From the NCBI GenBank assembly GCA_029953675.1, contig JAMWBK010000006.1:496001-560000 (forward strand): DNA of 64,000 bases, written 5' to 3'. The DNA is from Rhodosorus marinus CCMP1338 (lineage: Eukaryota > Plantae > Rhodophyta). The notes beneath the pieces are model-generated. The model did no database searches, was not told the DNA's origin, and was given only the letters and a program-made list of their open reading frames with translations. The position numbers and the translations under genes are program-made. Shown one piece after another: positions 20,669 to 34,144 of this stretch; position 1 is the first letter of the stretch; every line of letters starts with the position of its first letter.

Positions 20669-23600
20669 CGCCAAAACCCTAATCCACTAGCGAAACACGA
20701 AACCACCTAAATCCCAGATTTCAACACTCACCGATTCCTCCCTTCCCCCCGCCCAACCCTAACTCCCTCGTACCTCAGTGAGTCTTCAATCCTGATACTG
20801 CCGGCAAAAGGTCCTCTAGTACTCCATACGCGCTCCACTACCTCACCAGTCATATTGCCCGAACGTGAAATGTATCTTATTAGCTGCTGGCTCAAAAAAA
20901 ATACTTAAAGGAAGGAAAAAAAAACCTAGCGTCCCCGAAGAAAAAAAAAAGAAAATTGATTTGTACTCTGCAGCACTGTCCTATCCGAGTAGTAAATTTA
21001 TTCAAATTACAAATCTCAAATTTAGAACACTTTCTTATATTGCTTTCTAGTACCCCAACCCCTCGTTCCCGGTAAAATTTTCATTTCGTACCAGCTGGGT
21101 ATGAAGCAAAATTGCACCTTCCCAAAGCGACAACGCGCAGGGGGGGGGGGATTTGGCTTTGAAGAAACTGAAAATACGGCTTTTATGTATTTTTACAGGC
21201 TGGGTAGTGCGGTCCCGGACGTCATTCTCTTTTCGTAATATAAGTGTCAGGGGGTAGGAAATTAGGGGTCTACCGTTCCCGACTGCCCATAGGAAATTGG
21301 TCAGCCCTAATGATATTGATGTTTCCTTTAGTAGTTTATAATTTCTTGGCGCAATGAGATTTTCCCTTCGCCGAGCAATTCGATTCTTCCCTTGCAACAA
21401 TAGATCAGCATGTGTTCCCCATTCTCCCCCCCCCCCACTCTTTCGCGCCTTTCGATGTAAATCGTGACTATCCATGGGAACACGTTCTGATTCTGATGGA
21501 TAAGAAGGTGATAAAAATCATAGATATTTTTAATATCGAATATTTCCGACTTTCCCAGCCCTGCCACGGAGTGCTCTAGACTATGGTCCCAGGCGACTCA
21601 TCTTCCCCCCCCCCTTTTTCCTTAGGGAGCGACTCCGCACTGCACCCCATTTCATTTTTTTTTTTAACCTCCACTGCGAAGATTCATGCCACGGCCACGC
21701 ACATATATCAAATTTTATTCCAAAACTCATTCAATCTATCCATTCAGAAGCACCCATTAGATTACTCATTTCCCAGATATAATATTTCTCCAATAAGGAA
21801 GATATGAATTGTTCAATATTTTGATAGGGGAATATCTTTCCTACCTCAAAATGGATGCATTCTGATGCACCGTAAATTTTATAGACACAATTGATACAAA
21901 TAAGACCCCACATCCCGAACATGTCATTTCCCTCCTATAGTAAAATTTTAAATTCAGGACTCGAAGAGATGGGGCTTGAGTTGGATTCAGAATTAAATAC
22001 TATACCAAGGGGTGGTGGGGGTCTTATCCACCTCAGTACACTCATTAGGGGCATATCGGGTTCCCCTCCGTTTCAAACTGACGAAATTACTTCGTACCCC
22101 TTCTGAGTGGGCTACATTTCCATTTCAGGTCGCGGAAATCTTGGTGGGTACCCGTAACCTTCGAAATCCGGTTCGATCTACATCCAGAACCAAAACAATT
22201 GCGTTCCATGAAAATAGCACTCCAAATATATTCATTTAAGAAACTTTCAAACTCATCCGTGATTTTAGGGGGGTAGAAAAAGCTATTGGCCCTTCCAAAG
22301 TGTTGCGTTTCACCCCCCCCCCCCACATGCTGCCTTGCCGATCCAGATTTGTCATACTACCCCTCCTTAAATCGGAGGCGTTCGTGGGAGGACCGCAGGG
22401 TTGCATTGCCTGTCGAAACGACGTACGGGGAGGGGGGGAAAAGCAACTGGAAGCGGATGATTAAGTCATTAAAATCCAGCCACTTGCCTATAATTGGCTA
22501 CTGAAAGTTTGGAGAATAACTCGACGCGAGAATAATCCAACAGAAGAGGAGTATTTCGTTCAGAAAGCTTCTAATTGGAGATTTTGGGATCGGCCGGGAA
22601 CTTCATCTGGCCAATCATCAATAGGATTCTACAGCTCTACGACGCGAGATCTTGACCAAGGGAGTCCGCTGCGTTGTAGATCAGCATTGGGTATAAAAAA
22701 AGGAAGTGTTGAATATTTGTTCCCGAAACTTAATTGTAGAGATTAAAGTACCTAGAATAAGAACAAATAAGAATAAATTTCTAATTTTGAAACAGGCGGC
22801 TATAATTCAAATTTTTCTACGTCGTTTCAAGTGGTAGAGAGCCAGGCAAACCTGGCCCATTATTTTGTCTATAGTAATAAATGTGGGCGGGGAGTGAATC
22901 ATTGAGGTCATACGCACGAATACAACAAGTCCCGCCCCAGCCTCATCAGGGGCTCAAAATTGAGCTTGCGGGAAGCCGCCAAGGTCTGCCTTAGTGCCTT
23001 TCGCTCCATCGTCAGATCGCTCAATAGGAAAAGGATCTACTATTGACACCTTTGGAAATTTCCGAAATTCCTTCCATCTTCAAGGGTTTGCTTGGCGGTA
23101 TTGGGTTGGGGTCCCCCTCTGCGACTGGGCGACTTGAGGCTAGCTCCTGGTGTTTGGAGTCGGCAACGGATTCGTAGTGTACCCCCCACAGACCGCTCAA
23201 ACCGCAATTAGTGCAAAACAGAGAGGTCCCCCATATTTTTCGTTTCTTTGTTAAGATTCAAGCGGGTATTATCATCGAACGACGTAAGGATCCATTGCAT
23301 TGATTTGATTCGAGGGACCAGGTAGATACCTTGAGGCCGTGCCAGGGTACCTCATGACACTGGTTAACTCGGAGATAGGTATGAGATTCTATTTGCAATC
23401 GTCCGCGCACGATGCGCGATCTGGTTTCTTCAAGTAAACCCATGATCATATAGCTCTCTTGCGAGTAGCTAGACGAAACCCGCCGAGGTTGCCCCGAAAA
23501 TGGCCAAGGTTTGCGCAAGGCAGGCGAAGACTCGGCGAAGACTCGGCGAAGACTCGGTCCAATATCAGTTTCACTTACTGGATCCTAACGATCGATCTAT

Positions 23601-24628
23601 CACAAGACATGTAGCTGTTCTCCAGTTCGAATCCTCTCCCAGTTTGCTGTTTCTGAATAGTCCATGTTTTTGTCCCCCCCCCCCCCAAAGTATCGGGAAA
23701 GCTGCGAGTCCGCTGATCGTACCAGCCCTCTACTCCCCTCTGAGAAGTACTAGGCTTGTTCCCCATCACTCGATCATGATCCACATCAGAAACCAATCTT
23801 CCATAAAGCTGACTGGTCGCGGTCCAGATTCTGGCTTCACTTTGAAATGGCATTGTCATGCTCCCCACAACCAGAATCAGAGAACCCTCACGAATTCGAT
23901 GATGTCATCAAATGTACCCGCTGAGATCTCAAAACATGTAATGTTTTTCAAAAACAAAATCGTATACTGAAGATTTTTACAAGGCAACCATCAGTCTATC
24001 TCTTTAAACAACGCAAAACAGGTGTGATACCAAAATAACGATAATTATATAAGTAAATGCCTACTCCAAGCGTTATATTCACTGTAGCAGAACAATTCCT
24101 CTTTTCTGGGTACAAAATTGGTGGCCACAAACTGCTCAAAGCATTATTGAAATAATTAGGACTCTTTAGTTCTTGGCCAATGACACCGATGATTTACGTC
24201 GAAATCAATCATTAATTGCAAAATAGCAATCTTTATCCAAGAAGATGCTCTAATTCATTAAGTATTCACGTTTAAATTGATTGATCTAGTCATTTTTGTC
24301 CATAACCTGATCGTCTTCGAATTCTAGTAGGAAGGCGTCTGCTAATGCCTTTTGATGAGGACGATGAGGATGGTGGCGAAGCTATAGGCGGGTGTGAATA
24401 GGAGAGATCTTGGATTTGGTGGAATATGTGTTTGGGTATATTAAGGAGCTGATTTTGTTCCAAAGACTCTTTCGAGTCGTTGTATAAGTTTCGGTCTTTT
24501 TGTTGCTGACTGTTTTCTTGCTTTTTGGATCGGTTTTGGTGAGAGTTGTTCCAAACGTTTGGTTCTTTGTCGTTGAGGTAGGCTGTGGGCCGGGGGAAGT
24601 GAGATAGACTATCTTTTAATTTTGTAAT

Positions 24629-24912
24629 ATGGCACAGTATTGGAGAGTTGCTGGGCTAACTTATTTAAGATTTACAAACCTCAGTGCGGAGTATTTGAGG
24701 AAAGCGATGAAGGAACCGATGAGGTCGAAAGCTCTTGCTGGAGTTGAGTATTCCATGGTTAAGGGTCTTTGGGAGGACGGCAAGATCGTTAGCAGGGGTA
24801 AGATGGCTGTTTGGGATGTTCATTTAGTGGATTATGGGACTAATGTCCGATTGTTGTTTTTTTTGGTTTTGCTTTTGTTTTAGAAACTGTGGAACCCGCC
24901 GCTCAGGAATGA
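24629..24912 (+). CDS. ATP5F1E: Mitochondrial F1 ATP synthase epsilon subunit, 2 exons
   Basis: MAQYWRVAGLTYLRFTNLSAEYLRKAMKEP matches the epsilon consensus WR.AG.SY..Y..I.A..VR..LKE. A gtaag...ttttag intron leads to a short last exon ETVEPAAQE*, stop at 24910-24912. Confidence 0.9.
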
Positions 24913-26372
24913 TCGAATTAGAATCTAAACGTGTTACGAACTTGGGCCCAGCCGCGCGCTTACTTGATTTACGATCCTGCCCAACGCTAGCAATGCAGCT
25001 CACAACAGTCGAAAGGATTATTGCAATGGTAACATTCAAGAAACCTAACCTGTTTTCGAGAATAAAATGAGACGTATTGTCTCATCAAAACATAAAATCT
25101 GAAGTACAGTCTAGCCAACAGTTTAGTACATTGATGCTGGGAATATCGATAGAAGGAGGTCGTGAAACCGAACGTGTTAGTTACGTAGTGACACGATTTC
25201 CGTGCAGATGCGCTGAATCTATGGGGATGATAACGAGGGGGAAAGCGTAGTCTCCCAAAGCGGTGATACGGGAAGGAAGCCTGGTAAGGGTGTTCTTAGG
25301 TGATGGTGTTGTTTTTTGCGTGAAGCACAGAGGTTGAGTCGCCTTGTTCAGTAACTATTCCACACACTTCACCGCTACCACAGCTGTCTAAATATAGCAC
25401 CAGTGGACTTCACAGTTGCTCCTTTCTATGCATGGAACCTAAGAAAGAACTCACCGTCCGAGTTGTAGGGTTCTCAATAGTACTGTGGCCTAACTTCCAG
25501 CAATAGCGCGAGCGAAGGAGTCCCGGGAAGTTTAATGCTAAAAAACTGCAGCTTGCCGGACAAGCCTATAACCGCTAAAGCTCTTTCTATTTGCTGTGTG
25601 ATAACGCTTGGAGCTACACCCGTTCATGAGAGCGTTGCAGATAAAAAACATATGGACGCTATTGGTCAGAGAGTGAAGCTCCAAAATGCGAAGAGCGACC
25701 TCCCTCATCTGACCGTTTGGCTCGCACCAGCGCATTGGCAAATTTCGGCAACCCCCTTCTTCCTGCGTGAAACCAGCCAAACTTGTTCCAAGTCAATCAA
25801 AGGAGGAAACAGCGTCCACCGGGGTAGATAGTACGTCCACTGTGATAGGTAGTATGAACTAGGCAACTGAATCGCACGTCCAAGATGGTTCCACAAAGCA
25901 TCAATTGAAAGCGGGGCTGATCAAATGAACGCGGTTTTTTAACTTCAGCAACGTCTCGTTACATTTTCATCTCTAGATTCTAGTCACTGCCAAGAGCTGC
26001 GTGCTCTGCAGAACCCCCTCCCATCTCCAATCGCAGTAGTGCAAGGTACCATTGCTCTCGTTAATGAATCAATGCCTCCCCTGATGCAAATTTCAGGCAA
26101 TCTAAGTTTTACGAAAATATAATACACCTATTACATGGGGGTAACGGCATAGAGTTTCGAATTTTAAATATTGTATGTATTTTCTAAACTTTTGCGTAAG
26201 CAAATTCCATGTTGGCGGAGCGATGAAAAATTACTAGGGGTGGTCTGGCCACTGCTCTTGTGAAAGAACTGATCAGTGAGAGGAAGAAGCAAATGCGAAC
26301 AAATGTAAAGGATCGTAGAGCTCAGTTGTTTGCATTGAACTTGGATGATACGGAAGCTGAGGGGAAGACATC

Positions 26373-27036
26373 ATGGCATTGTCGATATCAGAAACTGGAC
26401 TGCAAGAGCTTGAGCTCAGCTTTGATGCAGTTGCGAGCAAAGTCCTTACGAGGGGCAATACCAATGCAGACCACGAGGTAATGGCCATGAAGGTTGAGGA
26501 AATGAAGAAGCTGTTCATGAGAAGGGTAAAAAATGAGCTCAAGGTGGAAGGAACCGATAGGAAAGGTAGGTTGAGAACGACGTTCTGTCATGCAAGTTTC
26601 GGCCCGTCGCTAAAGAGAAGCAAACTTTTTATTATCTACTGCCAAATTATTCTAAGGTTTGGCCGTGGAGCTAGAGCGCTCTCTCGAGGAGTCTAAAATG
26701 GAGACTCGGAAGCTTCAGGACGAGCTTGTTACTGCCCGAACTCGAATACCTGCAGCCTTGGAGCCTGTCATGTCCACTGCGCTCGAAGAGGCTGTCATGG
26801 AGACAGATATTACAGCTCCAGCTGAGGAGATGGAAGACTCAACTTCTAAGGCATTTAAACCAGAAGATCCTGAAAATATGCCCACAACCGCGCAGCTTGA
26901 AGAGGTTGCCAGGAAGTTTGCAGCTGCGATTGATGAGGCAAGGAGTCTGGGAAGCTCAGTTCCAAAAATCGTTGAGGAAATGAGGATCGCTAGGTCGGTA
27001 ATGGAGCAGCAGATCGCTGAGGCGGAGCAAAGATGA
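26373..27036 (+). CDS. Coiled-coil protein, possibly kinetochore Nsl1/Mis14, 2 exons
   Basis: Phase-compatible intron 26566-26656 joins ...KKLFMRRVKNELKVEGTDRK to GLAVELERSLEESKMETRKLQDELVTARTRIPAAL...; the protein is helical and E/K-rich. The coding call is reasonable; the family call is weak. Confidence 0.5.
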
Positions 27037-27908
27037 GGCTCTCACACAGTCAGCTTGTGGATATATATTAAAAGAATCTCTAAGTAACAAGAATCCAACG
27101 GAAATTTTGTGCGTTCTGTGTGCGTACACGGGCTGTTGTCTTCGAAGTTCTTAATGGTCGGGTTTTCAGATACGTAGGATTCTGAATAGTGCTTGTCGAG
27201 TTACTGAAACTCACCTCTGTCGAGAGATCGCTCAAGACTTGTTGCATTCCCTCCTGTCGCGGACCGAGTTCGGCCATGTTCGTTCAATCACAGTGCTATC
27301 GACCTGAGCAAGCACTTCTGCAATGGATATTGCCAGTATTCAAGAAACCATCCAAGCTCAGAGATGCATTTTCCGCATTTGTCTTCTCTTGTTCAGCTCA
27401 ATCGATTCCAGGGTCGGTTCATCGCCCCAGAGCTGAACATGATGAATCCGGCAAACAAATCCCATAGTTCTTCTGAGGACCTCACCGTCACTCCACGAGC
27501 AAGACGTCTCTCTTGACAACTAAATCCAATCGCATCGATGTTGCGGATGCAAACACGGACTTCAGAACGCTACGTTCCTTTCTGAATCTGCCAGTGACGC
27601 GACTGTCTCCTATTTGATCGTCACAGTCCATGGTTTCCTATAAAAGAAACAGAACCTGGAACTTCACATATGTGTTGTGGTGTCTTGTTGCTTCATAACG
27701 ATGTGCGTAAAAGCTTCAATAAACTCTACGACCTTCTTCAAATTATGCGTTCCCTGCACTCGCGCTGTGTCTCTCGCCAATTCCATAGTCTCTTTCGTTG
27801 ACACTAGTGAGGCTCATTGGGATCGAAGAGGTATTCTTCGCGGGAAATTTTGAGTCTTCCAGACTTGGGGAGATCTAAAGCATAGTATAGAAGTACCTTG
27901 AATTCATA

Positions 27909-28425
27909 TTGGAGAATTCGACTGATCTGAGCAGATCTTCTTCACGAAGGATCTCAACGGATGTGCAGGACGATGGAGTTTGCGAGATCTATTATTGTGA
28001 GAACAATGATGCGCTAAATGTCAAAAGTGAAGAGATGAGGCGTGCGGTAGTTTCTGCTGAAGGTGCTGCGAGTGCTCGAGGTCTTTATAGGAAGGTTCAA
28101 AGGATGGCGAGGAGTCACAATGTAGATCCAAGGAACTCAAGTCTCCTAGCCCAAACTCGGGATGGGTTCGAGATTTGCTTCATGCAGGGCCAACTCTTGT
28201 TGAGGCGCGATGAACCTCCGGCCAAGGTCGAAGAGTACTTCAAAAAGAAGAGAGACGAATTCTCATTGATTGTAGGTAATTCTCGCAGCAAGCCCGTTTT
28301 CTTTGTTTTTGTCTTTAGCGCACTGAACTGAGTTTGGAGTTACGGTAGATGTATGGAACAGTGTCTTGAAGAATCCACGAGAAGGACAGCGGGGGAGCAG
28401 CCGGAAAGACACGAGAACTTCTTAG
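27909..28425 (+). CDS. Hypothetical protein (start uncertain), probable intron 28276-28348
   Basis: A 120-codon open frame is followed by a gtaatt...cggtag intron with a pyrimidine tract and a short phase-compatible exon DVWNSVLKNPREGQ...TS*. I recognise no family. Confidence 0.35.
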
Positions 28426-29694
28426 CGAGCTCAAGGAGAGATCTACGCCAACACGGAATGCGACCCCCCCGGCGTAATTGGAACTTTTCTGTTCGATGTC
28501 CCTCGATTCTGGAGGACAAACGTGATCAGCCTCTTCGTGCGCATCGAGCAACTAGGAATTTGATCTATGGCCATCCCCATCCGTTTGGGGGACTATACCT
28601 CGGACCGGCTGGGGCACACATGAGCCTGCACAGACTGTAATCGCGACTAAAACCAACATCCAAAATGGTACTCCAGTCTTGTGTTGTACATTGCCTTTGA
28701 GGTAGAACGGCTGGAGAATACTGTCGTAGTCTCGCCATAACCGCAAACATTTTGAACTCGAACGGGCTCCGGAATGACACGAACACGTTCAGCCGGGGTG
28801 GGTGAAAACAAGGGAGAAGTGGAGAACTCCAGTGAGACTTGAACAGGTTGGATGAATGTAGATAACCTTGCGAACCTCCCTGAGACTGACATGGACTGTT
28901 GAACACATCCCCTCGCCAAAAGAAAGGGTGTGGAGCGGCGCTGTGTTGTATCTGCTAGGACAACTGCGCGAGGGCGACAACCTACTCGGACCCTCTGTTC
29001 AGGATCGATCAGCTATGCCACAGTTCTACAGGTGTTAAGGGTGTTGATGAAGCTGGACATGAGGGCTAGACTCTTGGCACATGGGCTCCACAGGAGCTGA
29101 AGTACCAAAGACTTAACAACTTCGATCGTCTGGTTCACGTAACCCTTTAACGATCCAACAAACCATATTATCAATATAACACCAAAAATACGATGAAAAG
29201 TCCAAAAAAACCAAGCAGACACCCAGGGGCTATTTTGTCAACTCAAAATCTTCAATAGAACTTTATCCCCATCTCCTCCCCCTCCAGCTTTCGATGAGTT
29301 TGCAATAGAAACCTACCAAAATAGTTTTTAATACTTGAAATGAATTTCTTAGAGATCTACCAAGGCGTAGAGTATGTTGAGGTTGAGAATGTTTGCAGAA
29401 AAGTTACTAGGGTAACTTGCAGTCGGCGATGTTTCCTTTTTTTTTTTTTTTTTTTTTCTTCTCGGGATTCATATGTCCCGATGGGAAACTCTAAATTCTC
29501 GCGGGGAATTTAAGGCAATCGAGATGAGCTTCGGATGAGCAGGTGGGGTCTCGGGGAGGAAGGTATTGGGGAGAGGATTGGTGGTTGGGGGCGGGGGGGG
29601 GAGAAGGAGAGACTACTGGGAGTAATCACTTACTTTTGAATAGTAGTTTACTTGTACCATTTTGTTTTAGTTTTCTGAATTTTGTGGAATAGGG

Positions 29695-30468
29695 ATGTCC
29701 TTGTTGGCGAAGGGTTCGGGAGTACTCACCCGAGTGGTGAGGAGATGCGGTGTGAGGTCGATGGGGGCAGCGACTAACGATCCTTCACAAACGATAACTC
29801 CGACAAAACCGCCAGTTTCTGTTGCTGTGGAGTCTGACTATGTCCGTGAGATTTCGAAGTGGCCTTTGGGTTATGATTCTGAATGTTTTCACACAGTGGA
29901 GCACAGCCAAGGTGAGCGGTTGCATTCAATACGCCTGTGCCTTTTTTCTCGGTTTTTTTTTTTTTTGCTTTTAAGAGCGTTTTCCGAGGAGAAACTAGGG
30001 ATTGTTTGGTTCTGGAAGCGGCGGGGAACAATTATTCTTTCGTGAATCTGACTCTAGTTTGGCTTTCTCTCTGCCTCTGCTTGCGAACGGATTTATTTCA
30101 TTTAGCTAGTTCTGCGAAGTGGCTAAAAATTTCTTTGTGGGGTAGTGGGATCACCGGCTCATTTATGGCGTATCAGTTCCTATTTAAAAATCATCATGGA
30201 GATGCTCACCCACCAGTGGAGTACGAATATCACACGTACAGGCATAGAGTAAGTCAACACGAGAAAGAGATATCGGCTGATTTCCACACTAGGGAATTGG
30301 TTTGTGATGTAACCGTAGCGTTGGAATAGTTCCTGGTGGAGGGCTGATCTTGCTCATGCTCATGACCTCCCGATTCACCAGGTCCCAAGGTTTCCGTGGG
30401 GTGATCGCAATCTGATCGGTACACCCTACCAGCGAGAGGAATGGGCAAAGGAGGACGCGGAGGCTTAA
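29695..30468 (+). CDS. COX6A: Cytochrome c oxidase subunit 6a, 3 exons
   Basis: A mitochondrial presequence MSLLAKGSGVLTRVVRRCGVR is followed by intron 29912-30105, then SAKWLKISLW, a TM helix, HHGDAHPPVEYEYHTYRHR, a second intron and VPRFPWGDRNLIG. This matches COX6A W..IS....TM...PP.Y.Y...R...FPWGD. Stop at 30466-30468. Confidence 0.88.
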
Positions 30469-31030
30469 TAAGACAGTTTCCTTGTTCCTGAAGCGTTCAA
30501 GGGTGTTCAATCGACCAACCAAGGTAAACGAATAAGGTAGTGCCAGGTGGTTGAAGTCTATATTGGAAGTTCTAGTGCTCGGAGACTTTTTAGCGAAAGA
30601 CGTTCTCCCAGCAAGTCTTGTCGTCTTATATTCATGTTTTCTATTCATAAAAATCATCTTCCTTCCACGATTGTTAGTGAGCGCTATGAGAACTCTGGCT
30701 TGCTCGAACTTCGGCACCGAACTAATGCGTTCCCGTCGGAGGCACTGGAAAGTCTGGCTTCTGGCCCAAGAAAAACACACAACCATCACTGCTCAACGCG
30801 ATATCTCCGCGTGCCATCACAAGCTCTTTCCTGTCCTGTACGATCTACTCAGCTACAGGATCCTCCTGGGACAACAGCTGCAGAGGTACCTCAAGCCGAG
30901 TGCTTTTTGAGCTGAAGGGCTTCTGCGAGCTACAATATTGGCACAAGCGCGCATGATGCCCTTGCTTGTAAATCCGCTGGTTAGTCGTTGTCTACGTTTT
31001 CGATTAAAGTCATGATCCACTGCATCGTTT

Positions 31031-32446
31031 TTATGTGCCAGTAGTATCGTCTGTCCCACCATCTTGCGGATCACCTTCCAACTTTTCCACTCTTTCGTTG
31101 CTCGGTTCCTCTCCACGTCCCTCACCCCTCCCATCAGGGCCAGCCTCCTGTCTTGGTTTCTTCGCTGGCGGTTCCTCCGTCTTTGGTGAAGGGTCCACGG
31201 CCATTTCTGTCGGTTGCTTCTCTACGGTGAGGGTGGGCTTGCTCTCTTTGAATTCCACCATTTCTTCGTCGTCTTCCATAGCTTCACCTTCAGCGGGAAG
31301 CTTCGCTGAAACTTCCTCCTTGGCAACGCGCGCAGAAGGATGAGAAGCGCCTTCCGGGTTCTCCTCTTCTTTCGCGCCTGCTACGTACACCTTGCCATCC
31401 AGTTCCTGCTGTCCGGAAAGGAGCTTCTGCTCCAGCGAAGCGACCTTCGCCAATAGTGAACCCTGGGTATCCATGAGAGAGCCAGTTAAGGATTGTACCG
31501 AGTCTCGCAACCCCTTCATCTCTCTAACACTGCTGTGGAGTTCTCTCAGTAGAAGGCTGCTGATCTCATCCATACGACCGAGAAGCTGGTTTCTAATGGC
31601 TTCCAGAGCCTTTCCGTCCCGATTTATATCTTCAGATCCCCATCCGTCCATTGGAGTGTCGGTCCGGTGCCTTGGATGGGGAGTGTCCGGCCTCCTTTTC
31701 CCTCGGCGGCTGTGATCGTTAATCTGCGGGCTCTTTCCGACTCCGCGCCCGTTGGAGGTCGATTCCCGTTTTCTCTTTGCAGGTGTCTCCACGACTCCCT
31801 TTACCTCGTCAGCTGCCACAGCTTCCTCCGCAGCCATGAGCTGCAGCGCCCTCTTTTCAACCGCAATTTCTGCGGTCTCCAGGAGAAGCCGCGCGTGTTG
31901 AACTATCCATTCTACGTCCTCGGTCGCGTTGAACGTCGCGCTGTTTTGGTGAAGGAGGCGCATATCCCCCAGATACTCCTCCGCCGATCGGTACTTGTTG
32001 TGTCGCGTCTTATCCCGAATCTGATTCAGGGTGATCGGGGTCTTGATCAGCGCCGTATATCCAGCCACTTTCACGGGAATCGTGAAGTCCACTCCAGTAT
32101 CCTTTGGTCTAGACAAAAAGGTTGCATGCTTCGGGATCGGTTCTTCTTCTTTACATCTGACAATAACGAGCGGGGGCCCTGCATCCGCGACATAACCTTT
32201 CGCATCGCGAACTTCCTTCTCACACTCTGCAAGGATCATATTAAGATTTCCTAAAGCTGAAAGCACCTTCCCTCCCCTGCCACGACCGGAAGACGGTGTG
32301 CGCGGTGCGGGTGGCGGAGTTGACAGAACAGCCGGCGCAGGCATCGTATCCAATTCCTGAAGCTCCCTGAGAATCAACTCCTCCTCATCGTCCAGGGCAA
32401 CCTTCTTATCCTCCAAATCATGTATCATCGTATTTTTATCCCCCAT
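31031..32446 (-). CDS. Single-bromodomain protein with coiled-coil and acidic tail
   Basis: F..PVKVAGYTALIKTPITLNQIRDK...KYRSAEEYLGDMRLLHQNSATFN is a bromodomain with the conserved Asn. First in-frame ATG is at 32446. Confidence 0.8.
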   Translation of the reverse strand: MGDKNTMIHDLEDKKVALDDEEELILRELQELDTMPAPAVLSTPPPAPRTPSSGRGRGGKVLSALGNLNMILAECEKEVRDAKGYVADAGPPLVIVRCKEEEPIPKHATFLSRPKDTGVDFTIPVKVAGYTALIKTPITLNQIRDKTRHNKYRSAEEYLGDMRLLHQNSATFNATEDVEWIVQHARLLLETAEIAVEKRALQLMAAEEAVAADEVKGVVETPAKRKRESTSNGRGVGKSPQINDHSRRGKRRPDTPHPRHRTDTPMDGWGSEDINRDGKALEAIRNQLLGRMDEISSLLLRELHSSVREMKGLRDSVQSLTGSLMDTQGSLLAKVASLEQKLLSGQQELDGKVYVAGAKEEENPEGASHPSARVAKEEVSAKLPAEGEAMEDDEEMVEFKESKPTLTVEKQPTEMAVDPSPKTEEPPAKKPRQEAGPDGRGEGRGEEPSNERVEKLEGDPQDGGTDDTTGT

Positions 32447-34144
32447 GATTCCAAAACCCACCCCAACGCCCCAAACCCAAACTCTCTTAAAACCCCTCCC
32501 TCCCCCTCACCGCCCTCGCTCAAAAGTCCACCCAATCCCCGAGAAAATCCGACGAACCCCTACCAAATCACCCGCTTCCCACCTTTCCTAACAAATTTCA
32601 AACATATCTCCCAACCCAAACCCAAAGCAAACACCTATCCCATCCCATATCCCACCGGAATCCGAACCCCACACATAGGACAGTTGTTCCAAAAAAAAGG
32701 AACAGAAAAAAGAAGAAGACGTAAAGAGCTCGCGAACCTACAGATTTTTCTTCCCTCCGATTTATACTCCAAGCAAAAAAAAAATTTGCATTCGTAGACC
32801 TCGACAATACCAAACTTAATACCAAACCGTACCTGTCCTCCTCACCCTCCCGCCTCAAAAAAACATTTCACCTCCCTCATTTACATCCCACCCAGGGAAT
32901 AAAAAAAAATCACTACCCTCGAAAAATCGTTTCCGCCCAAAAAAAGAAAACAAGGGCGCTTAGTACGTAAATAATGATATGGGTATAGAATGAAATCGGT
33001 TTAGGAGACTGATAATTCGTTCATTCCATAAGAAACCGGCGAAAAAGTAGGTCTTTTTCGTTGGTTTTCGTAGACGTTTTTATGGTCTGGATTCTTCATA
33101 AATTAGTTCTCGAAAAGTCCTTCAAAAAAGAGGGGGAACCCACAATCCACATAAAATCCAAAACAGCCGTTTTTCAGCTCAGGTGAGTGTTCCAATATTT
33201 TAGCTGTGCACTTGAATGTTGTGCGGATCTGTTAGACCCGTCCATCCGAAACCAGAATTTTTTTAATATTGTATTTCCTAAACTTAATTAACATTATTGC
33301 TAGATGCCGAACGTGTTTTGCCCGTATGGTCTGACTGTCTTAGGCTGGCTATCAGTGCATATAAAATGGAACGTTCCAGTTTACTCTCTTTCGTGTATCT
33401 CGATCCAAACCGACCAATGAAAATCAGCAATTTTTAACTGGTACTATCGACGGCAAAATTAAGATCAATATTGCTTCAGTTTATGCTCGTTAATAAAAAG
33501 CTCGCTAAGCATCGCAATTGCCCCTGTACGATCCCTGAACACCGACGTGATTGTATTTAAATATTTCGCTTAATCCATTCGTATCCTAGAATAGCCAATG
33601 CGTACTTGAATCATGTTCAAATATGGTGAAGATTCAATTTTTAGTACCATTTGTACAGAGTAGAGTCTTAATTTTCGGTAACGCCCACGGCCCTCGCAGA
33701 ATGCAGAAGTGACTACGGGTGACACTTAGACCCTTTCCTTCCTCTTTGAGCAGAGCCAGGATTGTATTAGTCAATATCATTGAATATTGACTGAACTGTT
33801 GAGCTGGCGGAGGTACCGTACCTAAGTTGGGTCGACGGGGTGAAGGTAAGACTAGGTGCTCATATGAATGATTAGTTTCCTTGAATCCTAGAAATTAGTC
33901 TGGAATCTTTTGCTTTCATCCATCCGAGTCATGAGTTAGTCTTGAAGAAAGGGAGTGAGAGGATTTGAAGCAGTTCACGGCGTGCTGGAAGTATGCCGAT
34001 TAGAATGACCCTTACAGACACAATCGACCATATCCTCAACAAGTTCGGTACTTTCCGACGAGGCGAGGAGATGCTGTATAATCCCCTATTTTGAGAATCA
34101 AGAAGTCACCGGTATCCGATCGCCATGATCGCTTAGAGCAGCAC

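Noticed and set aside
23521-23557. 11-bp tandem repeat (ggcgaagactc)x3
   Set aside because: Short slippage repeat with no functional context.
25100-26250. Scattered splice-like signals and short frames between ATP synthase epsilon and the coiled-coil gene
   Set aside because: No phase-consistent model or recognisable motif.
28550-29222. Minus-strand hydrophobic ORFs (MSAWFFW..., ...FWMLVLVAITVC)
   Set aside because: No ATG-started, spliceable model; the candidate exons contain stops in all frames tried.
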